Part shown: positions 8,610 to 18,490 of the stretch, in pieces | How positions within the stretch are numbered: the first letter of the stretch is position 1 | Layout: the number at the start of each line of letters is the position of its first letter | Assembly (NCBI GenBank): GCA_034437715.1 | Contig: DAOTTR010000524.1 | Span: 8,987 to 72,986 of the forward strand | DNA: 64,000 bases | Reading direction: 5' to 3' | Origin: Caldilineaceae bacterium | Lineage (GTDB): Bacteria; Chloroflexota; Anaerolineae; Caldilineales; Caldilineaceae | The notes under the pieces: model-generated | The model's input: only the letters and a program-made list of their open reading frames with translations | Databases searched by the model: none | What the model was told of the DNA's origin: nothing | Program-made: the position numbers and the translations under genes

Positions 8610-10676
8610 ATGGCGAAGTATCGCACTGATCAGATACGTAATGTAGCTATTCTTGGACATGGTAGTTCTGGCAAGACTTCTCTGACCGAGGCTTTGTTAT
8701 TCAAAACGGGTGCCATTTCCCGCATGGGCCGCGTCGAAGATGGCACGACTGTGGCCGATTGGGACCCCGAAGAACAACGTCGCGGCATTTCCATCAACCA
8801 GTCGGTGATTCCCCTTAGCACAGATAATCTAAAAATCAACCTGATTGATGTTCCCGGCTACCAAGATTTTGTTGGCGAGTTGATGAGTGCGCTGCATGTG
8901 GCAGAAGCGGCGTTGATTGTCATCGATGGCGTGGCCGGTGTTGAAGTCGGCACAGAGCTGGCATGGGATTATCTTAACGAGAGCCAAAAGCCGCGCATTG
9001 TCTTTGTCAACAAGATGGATCGGGAAAATGCCAATTTTCAACAGACGGTCGATAGCCTGCGCGCCACCTTTACCGACATCCGCTTTATCCCCATGCAACT
9101 GCCGATCGGCTCTGCCGAAAATCTGCAAGGTGTTATCAGTCTGGTTACCATGAAAGCCTATCTGGGCAAGGAAGAAAAGGAAGCCCCGATTCCTGCCGAG
9201 TTGATAGATGCCGTGGAGGTCGCCCGGCTCGCCATGGTCGAAGCCGCGGCTGAAGCAGATGATGATTTGATCATGAAATATTTAGACGGTGAAGAGCTGA
9301 CCGCAGAGGAAGTGCGCAGTGGACTGAGCAAGGGGGTGCTAGAAGGCAAGATTGCGCCAATTTACTGTGGGGCCGCCACGCGCGCGATTGGCCTGGAGCG
9401 CCTGTTACACGCATTAGGCCGCTACGTTCCCTTGCCCAGCGCCCACCCGATCATCGGTTACAGGGGTGACGAAACCGTGGCGCTCGCCAGCGATCCTGGG
9501 GAAGTACCTGTCGCCGTCGTCTTTAAGACAATCATCGATCGCTTTGTGGGGCGCATGAACTATATTCGCGTTTTCTCTGGCACCGTCACCAAAGATAGCC
9601 AACTGGCCGACACCCGGACAGGCCAGAGTTTTCGGATCGCCAATTTGAGCTATGCCAGTGGCAAAGAACTACACGGCACTAACGAGCTAGTGGCCGGTGA
9701 TCTGGGGGTGATTACCAAATTGGAACATGTCATTACAGGGGATACGCTCTCTGCCGATATGGCCTTGCGTGTGCCATCGCCCGTTTATCCACAGCCACTC
9801 TACGCGGTTGCCATTGCGCCATGCACCCAGGTCGATAGTGCCAAGTTAGGCCCTTCGCTCCACGCCTTGATCGAAGAAGATCCTACGCTGAAAATTGAAA
9901 CGATTCCCGCGACCAAGCAAACGCTGTTGCAGGGCATGGGTGACACACACGTTGATGTGGCGATTCGCCGGTTGGAAAGCAAATTTGGCGTCAAGGTGGA
10001 GACAGCCGACCCGAAGGTGCCCTATCAAGAGACGATTAGTCGCACGGCTTCTGCCCAATATCGCCACAAAAAACAGACCGGCGGCGCTGGCCAATTTGCC
10101 GAAGTCCATATGCGCGTCGAACCGCTCAATGGCGGCGGCGATTTTGAATATGTCAGCGAAGTGTTCGGCGGCACGATCAGCGGTGTCTACTTGCCCTCCA
10201 TCGAAAAAGGCATTCGCCAGGTGATGGCACATGGCGTGATCGCTGGTTTCCCCGTGACAGGGATCAAAGCCGTCGTCTTTGATGGCAAAGAGCACCCGGT
10301 TGACTCCAAGGATATCGCCTTTCAAACCGCCGGGCGTGAAGTCTTCAAATTGGCTGTGCAACAAGCCAATCCGGTGCTGCTCGAACCGATCTATCGCGTC
10401 GATGTGATTGTGCCCGAAGAGTATATGGGCGACATTATGGGCGATTTCAATACGCGGCGCGGGCGTGTGTTGGGAATGGAGCAGAAGGCCAACCGCACAA
10501 TTATCCACGCGCTGGTGCCGCTAGCCGAAATCTTGCGCTATAGCACCGAGTTACGCTCCATGACCCAAGGTCGCGGCTTCTACTCGATCGCACTGGATCA
10601 TTATGAGCCAGTACCCACCCATTTGGCACAGGATGTCATCAGCCAGTTTAAGCACGAAGAGCACGAACACCACTAA
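8610..10676 (+). CDS. elongation factor G paralog, EF-G2 type
   Basis: SD GGAGGA 4 nt upstream of ATG 8610. G1 is GHGSSGKT, G3 is DVPGYQDF, G4 is NKMD. EF-G domains II-V are present (KQTGGAGQFA, LLEPIY). The track start at 8484 is an over-extension. Confidence 0.9.
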   Translation: MAKYRTDQIRNVAILGHGSSGKTSLTEALLFKTGAISRMGRVEDGTTVADWDPEEQRRGISINQSVIPLSTDNLKINLIDVPGYQDFVGELMSALHVAEAALIVIDGVAGVEVGTELAWDYLNESQKPRIVFVNKMDRENANFQQTVDSLRATFTDIRFIPMQLPIGSAENLQGVISLVTMKAYLGKEEKEAPIPAELIDAVEVARLAMVEAAAEADDDLIMKYLDGEELTAEEVRSGLSKGVLEGKIAPIYCGAATRAIGLERLLHALGRYVPLPSAHPIIGYRGDETVALASDPGEVPVAVVFKTIIDRFVGRMNYIRVFSGTVTKDSQLADTRTGQSFRIANLSYASGKELHGTNELVAGDLGVITKLEHVITGDTLSADMALRVPSPVYPQPLYAVAIAPCTQVDSAKLGPSLHALIEEDPTLKIETIPATKQTLLQGMGDTHVDVAIRRLESKFGVKVETADPKVPYQETISRTASAQYRHKKQTGGAGQFAEVHMRVEPLNGGGDFEYVSEVFGGTISGVYLPSIEKGIRQVMAHGVIAGFPVTGIKAVVFDGKEHPVDSKDIAFQTAGREVFKLAVQQANPVLLEPIYRVDVIVPEEYMGDIMGDFNTRRGRVLGMEQKANRTIIHALVPLAEILRYSTELRSMTQGRGFYSIALDHYEPVPTHLAQDVISQFKHEEHEHH

Positions 10677-10688
10677 GCTACAATTGAT

Positions 10689-10721
10689 AGAGCGTTAGGG
10701 TCTTGTAGGCCCTAACGCTCT
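10689..10721. terminator. hairpin between convergent genes (possible bidirectional terminator)
   Basis: 12-bp perfect stem AGAGCGTTAGGG/CCCTAACGCTCT. No strong T-run. Confidence 0.5.
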
Positions 10722-10744
10722 CGGCAGATTATAATCGAATGTGC

Positions 10745-11713
10745 CTATGCCTTGGTTACAACACGCCCCGGCCAGATCTGGCGATTGACAATCGAGATGG
10801 GCCGTTCGCCATTCAAAAGTCCAATCACTTGATCGGCCACACCGTGCATCATCGCATAAATCCCGCGGTCGGTGCTCGAAGCAATGTGCGGGGTGAGCAC
10901 TACATTTTTCATTTTTAACAGAGGATTACTGGGCAGGGGCGGCTCAGGATCAAACACGTCCAGACCCGCCGCGGCTAGATGCCCCTCATTTAACAGACGG
11001 ATCAAGGCAGCCTCATCGATCACCGGGCCACGGCTGGCATTGATCAGGTATGAGCCACGTTGCATCAGGCGCATCTCGCGTTCGCCGATATAATGGCGCG
11101 TTTCGGGCGTCAGCGGCACATGAACGGTCACAAAATTCGAGCGACTGAGCAGTTCATCCAGATTATTGGTGAGGGTGACGCGTTCTGGGGTCGGTTGATT
11201 GGTCTGGACAAAGGGATCATAGACCAGCACATTCATGCGCAAACCGAGCGCACAGATTTCGGCGACACGCCGGCCAATGCGCCCATAGCCCACAACGCCC
11301 AAGGTACGATCCAGTAGTTCGGTGCCAGTCATGTCGCCACGCTGAATCGAATCGTCGCCACGCAGGGACATATCGCCCACCATTACGCGCTTCGCCACAG
11401 CCATGAGCAAGGCCACAGCATGTTCAGCAGTCGATTCGGTGGGTGCATCTGGCGTGTGAATCACCAAAATATTGCGCGCGGTAGCCGCGTCAATGTTAAT
11501 GTTATCAACGCCAATCCCTGGCTTGGCAATCGCCAGCAAGTTGGGACCAGCCTTGTCCATCAGCACACCATCACAATAGACGCTACCCGAAACGATCACA
11601 TCCGCACCCGCCACCTGTTCCAGCGCCGGATCAATCACCACCTCGGCAACTTCACGGATGCGATCAGTGGCACCAAAACGCAGCTCCATCTGCATGACAA
11701 CTTTTTGTTTCAT
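10745..11713 (-). CDS. D-isomer-specific 2-hydroxyacid dehydrogenase (phosphoglycerate dehydrogenase-like)
   Basis: NAD-binding motif GVVGYGRIGRRVA. Catalytic-domain pattern (NASRGPVIDE, DVFDPEP, TPHIASST). Confidence 0.85.
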   Translation of the reverse strand: MKQKVVMQMELRFGATDRIREVAEVVIDPALEQVAGADVIVSGSVYCDGVLMDKAGPNLLAIAKPGIGVDNINIDAATARNILVIHTPDAPTESTAEHAVALLMAVAKRVMVGDMSLRGDDSIQRGDMTGTELLDRTLGVVGYGRIGRRVAEICALGLRMNVLVYDPFVQTNQPTPERVTLTNNLDELLSRSNFVTVHVPLTPETRHYIGEREMRLMQRGSYLINASRGPVIDEAALIRLLNEGHLAAAGLDVFDPEPPLPSNPLLKMKNVVLTPHIASSTDRGIYAMMHGVADQVIGLLNGERPISIVNRQIWPGRVVTKA

Positions 11714-11894
11714 GACTAGGTTCTTTCTACCTGAATAGGGAATATTATATTTTTGGGTTGGTTATACCCCCTATTGTGATGCATTCAGCCATAGATGTCA
11801 AAGCACCCATCGACATAGTAATTTTTAAGCAGTAAACCAGTCGCCTTTTCCGTTTTGATTGCCCAGTTTTTTGGGGTTAGCGGGGAAGAAATAC

Positions 11895-12665
11895 TCAATG
11901 CCCCAACACATCGACACTTTTAGAGCGGTCATGGTGTTGCAAGCGCCATTCACCAAATTGTTGGAGCAGGGCGCGCGCTTGTTGACAGCGGGTTTGCAGG
12001 CGCGCTTCTTTGCATTGCCAGGTGCCCTGCACTTGGTTGATCACCAGTAGCGAGTCACCACGAATGTCGAGACGCGCCGTGCTAGGATCAGCCCCGGCGT
12101 CGCGCAGGCGTTTGAGGATGGCTTCGAGGGCGGTGATCAGGGTATCATATTCGGCTTCGTTGTTGGTGACACGATCGCCAAAGCGCAGCCGGACTAGTTG
12201 TTGCTGTTCGCCCGGCCAGCGCAGCGCATAGCTGCCATAGCCTTGGCCTGGATTGCCGCGACTGCCGCCATCAAAGATCACGCTGATGGGCCATTCGGGA
12301 GCCTGGCCGGGCAGGGGCGACATGATCTGCGGATCAGCTTCGCGCTTCTCTGTGGTGGGCGCGCCGATGACAATCTTGCCGCTGACCGGTGAACGATAAT
12401 CAGATTTGTCGGGTTTGGATCCAACCTTGGCTGCGACAGTGGGGGTGGGTATAGCCACCGATTGGGCAGTGTTTGACCGCGTGCGGCGATTCGTTGACCC
12501 TTTTGCGCCCAATGCCGGGGCTATCGCCAGGCGATTTTGATCAGAGAAGAGGATATCGGGCACAAAGAGCCCACTGGCATAGAGCCGCCGCTGCAACTGG
12601 CGGCGCTGATCGGGGGTCAACGCTTCAATTTCTTCGATCAGGGCCAAAATCGTAGCACTTGCCAT
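11895..12665 (-). CDS. RNase H-like (type 1 / RVT_3-like) domain protein with a long N-terminal extension
   Basis: The C-terminal ~130 aa carry RNase HI-like acidic motifs (FDGGSRGNPG, NNEAEY, IRGDSLLVI). The N-terminal 125 aa are low-complexity or unknown. Confidence 0.65.
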   Translation of the reverse strand: MASATILALIEEIEALTPDQRRQLQRRLYASGLFVPDILFSDQNRLAIAPALGAKGSTNRRTRSNTAQSVAIPTPTVAAKVGSKPDKSDYRSPVSGKIVIGAPTTEKREADPQIMSPLPGQAPEWPISVIFDGGSRGNPGQGYGSYALRWPGEQQQLVRLRFGDRVTNNEAEYDTLITALEAILKRLRDAGADPSTARLDIRGDSLLVINQVQGTWQCKEARLQTRCQQARALLQQFGEWRLQHHDRSKSVDVLGH

Positions 12666-12698
12666 AGGGGTCTACGTTCTACTTGAATGGATTGAACA

Positions 12699-13598
12699 CT
12701 AGGCCGGTAGCGGCGCAGATTGGCGCTGTTTGCGCTGCGCGGCCCGCGCCCGTTCCCAGAGATAGAGCAGGTTGTTGGCGTGAAATTGCTGCACCAACCC
12801 ACCCAAGGGAATGCGGCTGCGGTCGAAGCGCTCAATATCATATTGCAGCAAGTCATGCTTGGTCGCACCTTCGGCCATCAGGCGATCCACCAGGGCTTCG
12901 ATCTCATTGAGATATTGGACGCTAATGTCGATGCTGCTGGTAACCTCGCCGCGCAACAAAATATCGCCGTGCCCCTGGACAATGCACTCCAGGTTATAGT
13001 CATGCAGGTTGAGCAACGAGCGCTTAAAGGCCTCGATATCGCTAAACGCAGTCGCGATTAAGGGCACTGGCATGAGCAGATCGCTAGCAAAGAGCACCTT
13101 GTCCTCGCGCACATGCACCGCGCACAGATCCGGGCTGGCACCGGGCGAATGAATCAAGTGGACGGTTTTGTCACCCAGGCGCAAGACCAAGCCCTCATTA
13201 AAGACCAGTTTGGGCAGGCGGATCTCCACCTCGCGCAGTTCCGGCGTATACTCTTTGGCCTGCGCCAGCGACTTATAGCCATGTTCGATGATCATCGCGC
13301 GACATAATTCATGCGCCACCAGTTCAGCATCGGGAAAAAAGCACGAACCATAAATATGATCGGCATGGCTGATTGTATTGACCAAATATTTGATGCCTTG
13401 GGGACAGACACGCTGGGCAAAGTCGATAATCTGCTTGGTTTCCGAGGGAAACGGCAACGTGTCGATGAGGATGCCGCCTTCTGCCGTTACCACCAAGCCA
13501 GCATTGACTTCCACATACAATTCACTGGTAAACACCCAAGTGTCATCCGCTACCCTTGTCCGTGTAATGGCCACAGTTCCCCCCATTCCTTCGCCCAA
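12699..13598 (-). CDS. MBL-fold metallo-hydrolase
   Basis: Metallo-beta-lactamase motif region ([12 protein letters not shown]) and later His/Asp positions ([13 protein letters not shown]). Confidence 0.7.
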   Translation of the reverse strand: MGEGMGGTVAITRTRVADDTWVFTSELYVEVNAGLVVTAEGGILIDTLPFPSETKQIIDFAQRVCPQGIKYLVNTISHADHIYGSCFFPDAELVAHELCRAMIIEHGYKSLAQAKEYTPELREVEIRLPKLVFNEGLVLRLGDKTVHLIHSPGASPDLCAVHVREDKVLFASDLLMPVPLIATAFSDIEAFKRSLLNLHDYNLECIVQGHGDILLRGEVTSSIDISVQYLNEIEALVDRLMAEGATKHDLLQYDIERFDRSRIPLGGLVQQFHANNLLYLWERARAAQRKQRQSAPLPA

Positions 13599-13701
13599 TC
13601 TGCTTCAACATGTTAACGTGACAGTTTATCACAAACCTGGGGCACGCGTCAATAGATTGCGCAATTTTTCGCAAAGTGTAGGCGTAGCTTGCCGGCGCGG
13701 G

Positions 13702-15312
13702 TTACGGCCTGAAATCGACTTCTTCATCGCGGTTGTGGCGCGGGCGATGGACGAGGGTTTCAGTGGTCAACGCCATGAGTGCGCCGCTGACGCCGATCTG
13801 CAAGGCGGATTGGAGCACGCGCACCGGGTCCACAATATGCACAGCCATCACATCGACCATCTGCGCGTTCAGCACATCAAAGCCAAAGCCATTGTGCGCG
13901 GCGAGCAGTTGCGCTAGGATCGGGCCCGGTTCGAAACCAGAATTGCGCAGAATCGCTTGCGTCGGGGCCATGAGCGCGCGCCGCATAATCGCAATGGCCG
14001 GCGCTTCGTCCTCGGGCAGTTCGATGCGGTCGAGCGCAGCCAAGCAGCGCAGATAGGCAACCCCACCGCCAGGCGCAACGCCATCTTGCAGTGCCAACCG
14101 CAACACACTGACCGCCTCTTTGGCGCGCGCCTTGAAATAATCGCGCTCACTTTCGGTGGCGCCGCCAATCTCCAGCAGGGCCACCCCCCCCAATAACTTG
14201 CCACTGCGCTCGATCAGGCGGTCGCGGTCGCGGCCCGGTTGCGCTTTGGGCAACAGGCTGCGCAATTCCTGATGGCGCTGACGAATCGCTGCGGGACGCC
14301 CCTTGCCGCCAATAATCGTAAAGCCAGAGCGAATCGCCTGCACCTCGTCGGCCAGCCCCAAATCGGCCAGCGTGACCTTGCTCAGCGAATCGGCCAGGAC
14401 CGCTTGAATCACTCGTCCACCGCACAAAACGGCCAGATCCTGTAGAATGTCACTTTTTTCGGAACCCAACCCCGGCGCCTTAATAGCAAGCGTGGGCAAC
14501 ACCTTGCGCACATGGTTGGTTACCAGCAGATTGAGTGCCTCGCCGGTGACCGAGGGCGCAATCACCACCAGCCCGCGGTCGCCCGCACTGCGCACCAGGT
14601 TGAGAATGGGCAACAGTTGGGCCGTGGCGTTGAGTTGGTAATCGGTAAAGAGCAGATAGGGCTTTTCCAACACCGCTGTGCCCGGTTGATTGGTAAAATT
14701 CGAGGAGACCCAGCCCTGATTCCAGAAGGTGCCTTGAATATAGCGGCGCTCATGAATGCGCGCATAGCTTGTCCGCACATCGATTGAGCCATGTGGGCCC
14801 ACTGTGTCAAAGACTTCTTCGAGCAGCCGCCCCAGCGTTTCATCGCCCGTGATGGTGCGGCCCAAGGCCGCGATCTGTGCAGCCTGCACCAGCGGATGCG
14901 CCTGTGCCGCCAACGCATCTAGCACAACCGGCAAGAGTTTTTCCAGCCCGTGCGCCACGCGCATCAAATTATACCCTGCCGCGGCATGGCGATTGGCTTC
15001 ATTGAGAATTTGGCGGGCGATCACAACGGCGGTGGTGGTGCCGTCACCCACAGCTTCTTCGACGCGCCAGGCAATATGCCGCGCCAAGAAGGCGCCCATT
15101 GTTTCAAAGCGATTGGGCAAGCCCGAAAATCGGCGGGCAATCGTCGCGCCATCGTTGAGAAATTCGGGTGATTTGCGCGGATTATCATTGGCTAACGCGA
15201 CCAATCTGCCCTGTGGACCCAGGGAAACTTCCATCAAATCGCTCAATAGGTTAAAGCCACGGCTCAAGGCCTGGCGGGCGGCAGGTGGAAAAAGTAAACG
15301 TGGCTGCTTCAT
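13702..15312 (-). CDS. divergent group I chaperonin (GroEL/Cpn60) paralog
   Basis: Aligns by eye to GroEL from the N-terminus (AARQALSRGFNLLSDLMEVSLGPQGR, GDGTTTAVVIA, VDPVRVLQSALQ). No GGM tail. No adjacent groES. ATG 15312 was chosen over the track start 15363. Confidence 0.8.
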   Translation of the reverse strand: MKQPRLLFPPAARQALSRGFNLLSDLMEVSLGPQGRLVALANDNPRKSPEFLNDGATIARRFSGLPNRFETMGAFLARHIAWRVEEAVGDGTTTAVVIARQILNEANRHAAAGYNLMRVAHGLEKLLPVVLDALAAQAHPLVQAAQIAALGRTITGDETLGRLLEEVFDTVGPHGSIDVRTSYARIHERRYIQGTFWNQGWVSSNFTNQPGTAVLEKPYLLFTDYQLNATAQLLPILNLVRSAGDRGLVVIAPSVTGEALNLLVTNHVRKVLPTLAIKAPGLGSEKSDILQDLAVLCGGRVIQAVLADSLSKVTLADLGLADEVQAIRSGFTIIGGKGRPAAIRQRHQELRSLLPKAQPGRDRDRLIERSGKLLGGVALLEIGGATESERDYFKARAKEAVSVLRLALQDGVAPGGGVAYLRCLAALDRIELPEDEAPAIAIMRRALMAPTQAILRNSGFEPGPILAQLLAAHNGFGFDVLNAQMVDVMAVHIVDPVRVLQSALQIGVSGALMALTTETLVHRPRHNRDEEVDFRP

Positions 15313-15325
15313 ATTTGTTTTGGCT

Positions 15326-15358
15326 GATAAAAACCGCCTGAGCGCGGCCCAGGCGGTT
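15326..15358 (-). terminator. intrinsic terminator-like hairpin about 15 nt upstream of the GroEL-paralog ATG
   Basis: Minus strand reads AACCGCCTG-N9-CAGGCGGTT followed by TTTTAT. Confidence 0.6.
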
Positions 15359-15390
15359 AGCATACTCGAGTATGATTTTTATAAAAAGGT

Positions 15391-15562
15391 ACTCCGCAGA
15401 AACGTGGGGACAGTGAGTGCGAACCTACGTAAGTAGGTGGGTGCCGATTGGGCGCTTCCGTCTTACCCTCGCGGGCTATCACATCCACGCCACTTGATCC
15501 TGCTCCCGTTTGTGAAATGTTGGCTCGCCCCGTATTCTATCCTTTCACGGAGACTGCAGAGT
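15391..15562 (-). ncRNA. candidate structured RNA (~172 nt, 6S-like rod; could instead be a cis leader)
   Basis: It starts at the predicted TSS of a near-consensus promoter. The 5' ACUCUGCAG pairs with the 3' CUGCGGAGU. Nested CGUG/CACG and GGAUAG/CUGUCC helices follow. A U5 run lies after the closing stem. No ORF. Confidence 0.4.
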
Positions 15563-15568
15563 ATACGT

Positions 15569-15597
15569 AGTATAGCACAGCTTGTTTGCAAAATCAA
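15569..15597 (-). promoter_or_regulatory. sigma-70-type promoter
   Basis: Minus strand -35 TTGATT, 17-nt spacer, -10 TATACT. Predicted TSS near 15562. Confidence 0.45.
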
Positions 15598-15615
15598 AGC
15601 GCCAAACCAGTGATT

Positions 15616-17433
15616 TTATTTCGCGTTTTCCTTTGCCTTGGCAACGCGCAACGCAATATGCAGCTCGGCCAACTGGGCGTCGGTTACGGGGCTGGGTGTG
15701 TCCAACATCAGGTCGGTACCCGCGGCGTTTTTGGGAAAAGCGATCACATCACGAATGCTGGCCGTTTCGGCAAACATGGCGACGAGGCGATCGATGCCCA
15801 GCGCAATGCCGCCATGCGGTGGCGCGCCATACTGAAAAGCTTCGAGCAAGTGACCAAATTGGGCGTCCACTTCGGTTTTTGCCATGCCCAACATGGCAAA
15901 AAGGCGATCTTGCAGATCGCTGCGGTGGATACGAATGCTGCCACCGCCGATCTCCCAGCCGTTGAGCACCACATCATAGGCTTTGGCCAGCACGCTGCCA
16001 GGATCGCTTTCGAGCTTGGCCCAATCGGCGTCCAGCGCGCTGGTAAACGGGTGATGGACGGCGTACCAGCGCCTATCCTCTTCGTTGTACTCCAACAGTG
16101 GAAAGTCTACAACCCAGCAGAAAGAGAGTACTTCATTGTTGATCACTTTGGCGCGGCGCCCCACTTCCAGCCGCAGGTTGTGCAAGCTCTGTGCCACCAC
16201 GGCGGGCTTGTCCGCCACCAGCAAAATCAAATCGCCAGCCTGGGCACCGCTGGTGGCAATCACAGCGCGCAGCGTTGCGGGCGACAGGAATTTGGCAATT
16301 TGACTGCGCAATGCCGCCTCGGCATAATTGCCCGTGGCGTCGGGTGCGCCGGTCACGCCGATCCACGCCAAGCCTTTGGCCCCATATTGCTTGACAAAGT
16401 CGGTCAGTTCGTCGATCTCGCGGCGGGGCAGGCTCGCGCCGCCCGGGTAAATAATGCCCTTGACTTGGCCGCCACCCGCCAGCGCATTCTTAAAGACGGC
16501 AAACTCGCTGTCGGCGACGATCTCGCTTACGTTGAAGAGGGTTAGGCCAAAGCGCAGATCGGGCCGGTCGATGCCATATTTATCCAACGCCTCGGCATAG
16601 GTGATGATCGGGAAAGGCACTGTTTGAATCGGCTTGGCCCCCAACATCTGACACAAATCGATGAGCAGGCCTTCAATCAGCGCACGGATATCGTCGGCCT
16701 CGACAAAGCTCATTTCCAGATCGAGCTGGGTAAATTCCAACTGGCGGTCGGCGCGCAGATCTTCATCGCGGAAACAGCGGGCAATCTGGAAATAGCGTTC
16801 AATGCCAGCCACCATCAACAACTGCTTGAGTTGTTGTGGGCTTTGGGGCAGCGCATAAAACTCGTGGGGGTGTAGGCGGCTGGGAACAATAAAGTCGCGC
16901 GCGCCTTCTGGCGTGCTCTTGAGCAGGATCGGCGTCTCGATTTCCAAGAATTCTTGATCGGAAAGGAATTCGCGGATAAAGCGCACAATGCGGTGGCGCA
17001 AGGTGAGGTTATGCACCATGCGTGGGCGGCGCAAATCAAGATAGCGGTACTTCAAGCGCAGCGCCTCGTCAACCTCTTCGGCAGAATCAGCAATGTAGAA
17101 GGGTGGATTTTTGGAAGGATTGAGAATCACAACGGTGTCGGCAATCACTTCAATATCACCCGTGCTCAGGTTGGCATTTTCCTGGCCGGTGGGGCGCGCT
17201 TGCACCACGCCCTGCACTTGAATCACATATTCGCTGCGCGCCTGCTCGGCAAATTCATGGGCAGCGGCATTGGCCACAGAATCCACCGTCACTTGGGTAA
17301 TGCCAAAGCGATCGCGCAGATCAAGAAAAATCAGCCCTCCATGATCGCGTCGCCGATTAATCCACCCGGCCAAGGTTACGCGCTGCCCCACATGGGTGCG
17401 ATTTAATGCGCCACAACTATGCGTCTTTAACAT
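15616..17433 (-). CDS. aspS: aspartate--tRNA ligase
   Basis: Full-length bacterial AspRS. It has the N-terminal OB fold ([22 protein letters not shown]), class II motifs ([19 protein letters not shown]) and the bacterial insertion domain. Confidence 0.95.
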   Translation of the reverse strand: MLKTHSCGALNRTHVGQRVTLAGWINRRRDHGGLIFLDLRDRFGITQVTVDSVANAAAHEFAEQARSEYVIQVQGVVQARPTGQENANLSTGDIEVIADTVVILNPSKNPPFYIADSAEEVDEALRLKYRYLDLRRPRMVHNLTLRHRIVRFIREFLSDQEFLEIETPILLKSTPEGARDFIVPSRLHPHEFYALPQSPQQLKQLLMVAGIERYFQIARCFRDEDLRADRQLEFTQLDLEMSFVEADDIRALIEGLLIDLCQMLGAKPIQTVPFPIITYAEALDKYGIDRPDLRFGLTLFNVSEIVADSEFAVFKNALAGGGQVKGIIYPGGASLPRREIDELTDFVKQYGAKGLAWIGVTGAPDATGNYAEAALRSQIAKFLSPATLRAVIATSGAQAGDLILLVADKPAVVAQSLHNLRLEVGRRAKVINNEVLSFCWVVDFPLLEYNEEDRRWYAVHHPFTSALDADWAKLESDPGSVLAKAYDVVLNGWEIGGGSIRIHRSDLQDRLFAMLGMAKTEVDAQFGHLLEAFQYGAPPHGGIALGIDRLVAMFAETASIRDVIAFPKNAAGTDLMLDTPSPVTDAQLAELHIALRVAKAKENAK

Positions 17434-17908
17434 GCGTTATTCCTTACTCAATTTTCGTTCTGATAATCAATCAAAGCCCGTGCAATAAAGATCAAGACCT
17501 GGGTAACCGGTTTTTATCAAAACCGGTGGCTGGCGATTGCAATAGGGTTTACGCACTTGGTTAGCCCTGTAGGGTCTTAAAGACTCTACAGATTTCCTGT
17601 GAAGCTACGTGTATGTTGCCACTACGTACGCAGCGAAGATCGAGCACCAAATTCTTACTGGCGCCTGATCCGCAAAAAATTTAGCTGCGCATACCAACGC
17701 ACACCAATGCGCATTGAAGCGCATTGGTATTTAGCACATTCTAGCACCTGTGCAGCATTATAGTCCGGTCGGCACGGCGATGCAATTCTTCTAGGCTGCA
17801 TACACCATGATGACTTAGCGGCTTTACACAATTACGCGGATTTACATAAGTCGTAATTCCGTATACAATAAACAAACAAAATTGTAAGTCAACAAAAAGG
17901 GAACCCCC

Positions 17909-18475
17909 ATGGAAAACACGTACCCACCGGTTACGAATACCCATCATTTGGCGAGTGCGACTGATTCGGCTGACAAGATAGAACGGATTCGCGATCTACT
18001 CTTTGGTCCCCAAATGCGTGACTATACACAACGCATTGCTGCCATCCATCAAGAGTTGCGTACGCTTACCCAAGAGACAGCGCGACTCGCTATGGTGATC
18101 CAAGAGCAGGAAGATAAATTTACCGGATTACTGCGCCAAGAGATTGATCGCCTGGCCATGCAACTACAAGATCAGGGCAAGCGCGCTCAACAGCAGTTGC
18201 AACAAGTAGACTACCGCTTAACCGAACAGTGGAAAGCGCTAGATCAAAGCCATACCCAAAATCTCAATGAGGTGGCGCAGGGCCTTGTGCGCACAGAACA
18301 GATCCTACGCACAGAATTGCATGATCTGTCACAAGAACTTAACCAGCGCAAAGTGGACCGCCCAACACTTGGCGATCTGCTGATCGATCTGGGGCAAAGC
18401 CTAAAATCTACAGCGCCGCCCCCCTTGCCAGTGGAGGAAGATCTGCTGGATCAATTGAGCCAAGCGCTGGCATAA
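17909..18475 (+). CDS. coiled-coil protein with N-terminal RDLLFG motif
   Basis: 188 aa and Q/L/E-rich with heptad character. The motif IRDLLFG is shared with the next ORF. Confidence 0.6.
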   Translation: MENTYPPVTNTHHLASATDSADKIERIRDLLFGPQMRDYTQRIAAIHQELRTLTQETARLAMVIQEQEDKFTGLLRQEIDRLAMQLQDQGKRAQQQLQQVDYRLTEQWKALDQSHTQNLNEVAQGLVRTEQILRTELHDLSQELNQRKVDRPTLGDLLIDLGQSLKSTAPPPLPVEEDLLDQLSQALA

Positions 18476-18490
18476 CCGAGGATTTGATCA

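Noticed and set aside
15358-15378. CIRCE (HrcA operator) upstream of the GroEL paralog
   Set aside because: TTAGCATACTCGAGTATG shares only the TTAGCA start with CIRCE (TTAGCACTC-N9-GAGTGCTAA). The palindrome has a different sequence and spacing.
15586-16545. 319-aa + strand ORF
   Set aside because: It lies entirely antisense to aspS, which has an unambiguous full-length synthetase sequence. It has the Arg/Gly/His/Ala-rich composition typical of shadow ORFs.
17434-17740. Possible T-box or other leader upstream of aspS
   Set aside because: Several hairpins are present, for example ACCAATGCGC-ATTGAA-GCGCATTGGT at 17703-17728. I could not find a T-box sequence (GGGTGGTACCGCG-like), a specifier-loop arrangement, or a terminator/antiterminator pair.
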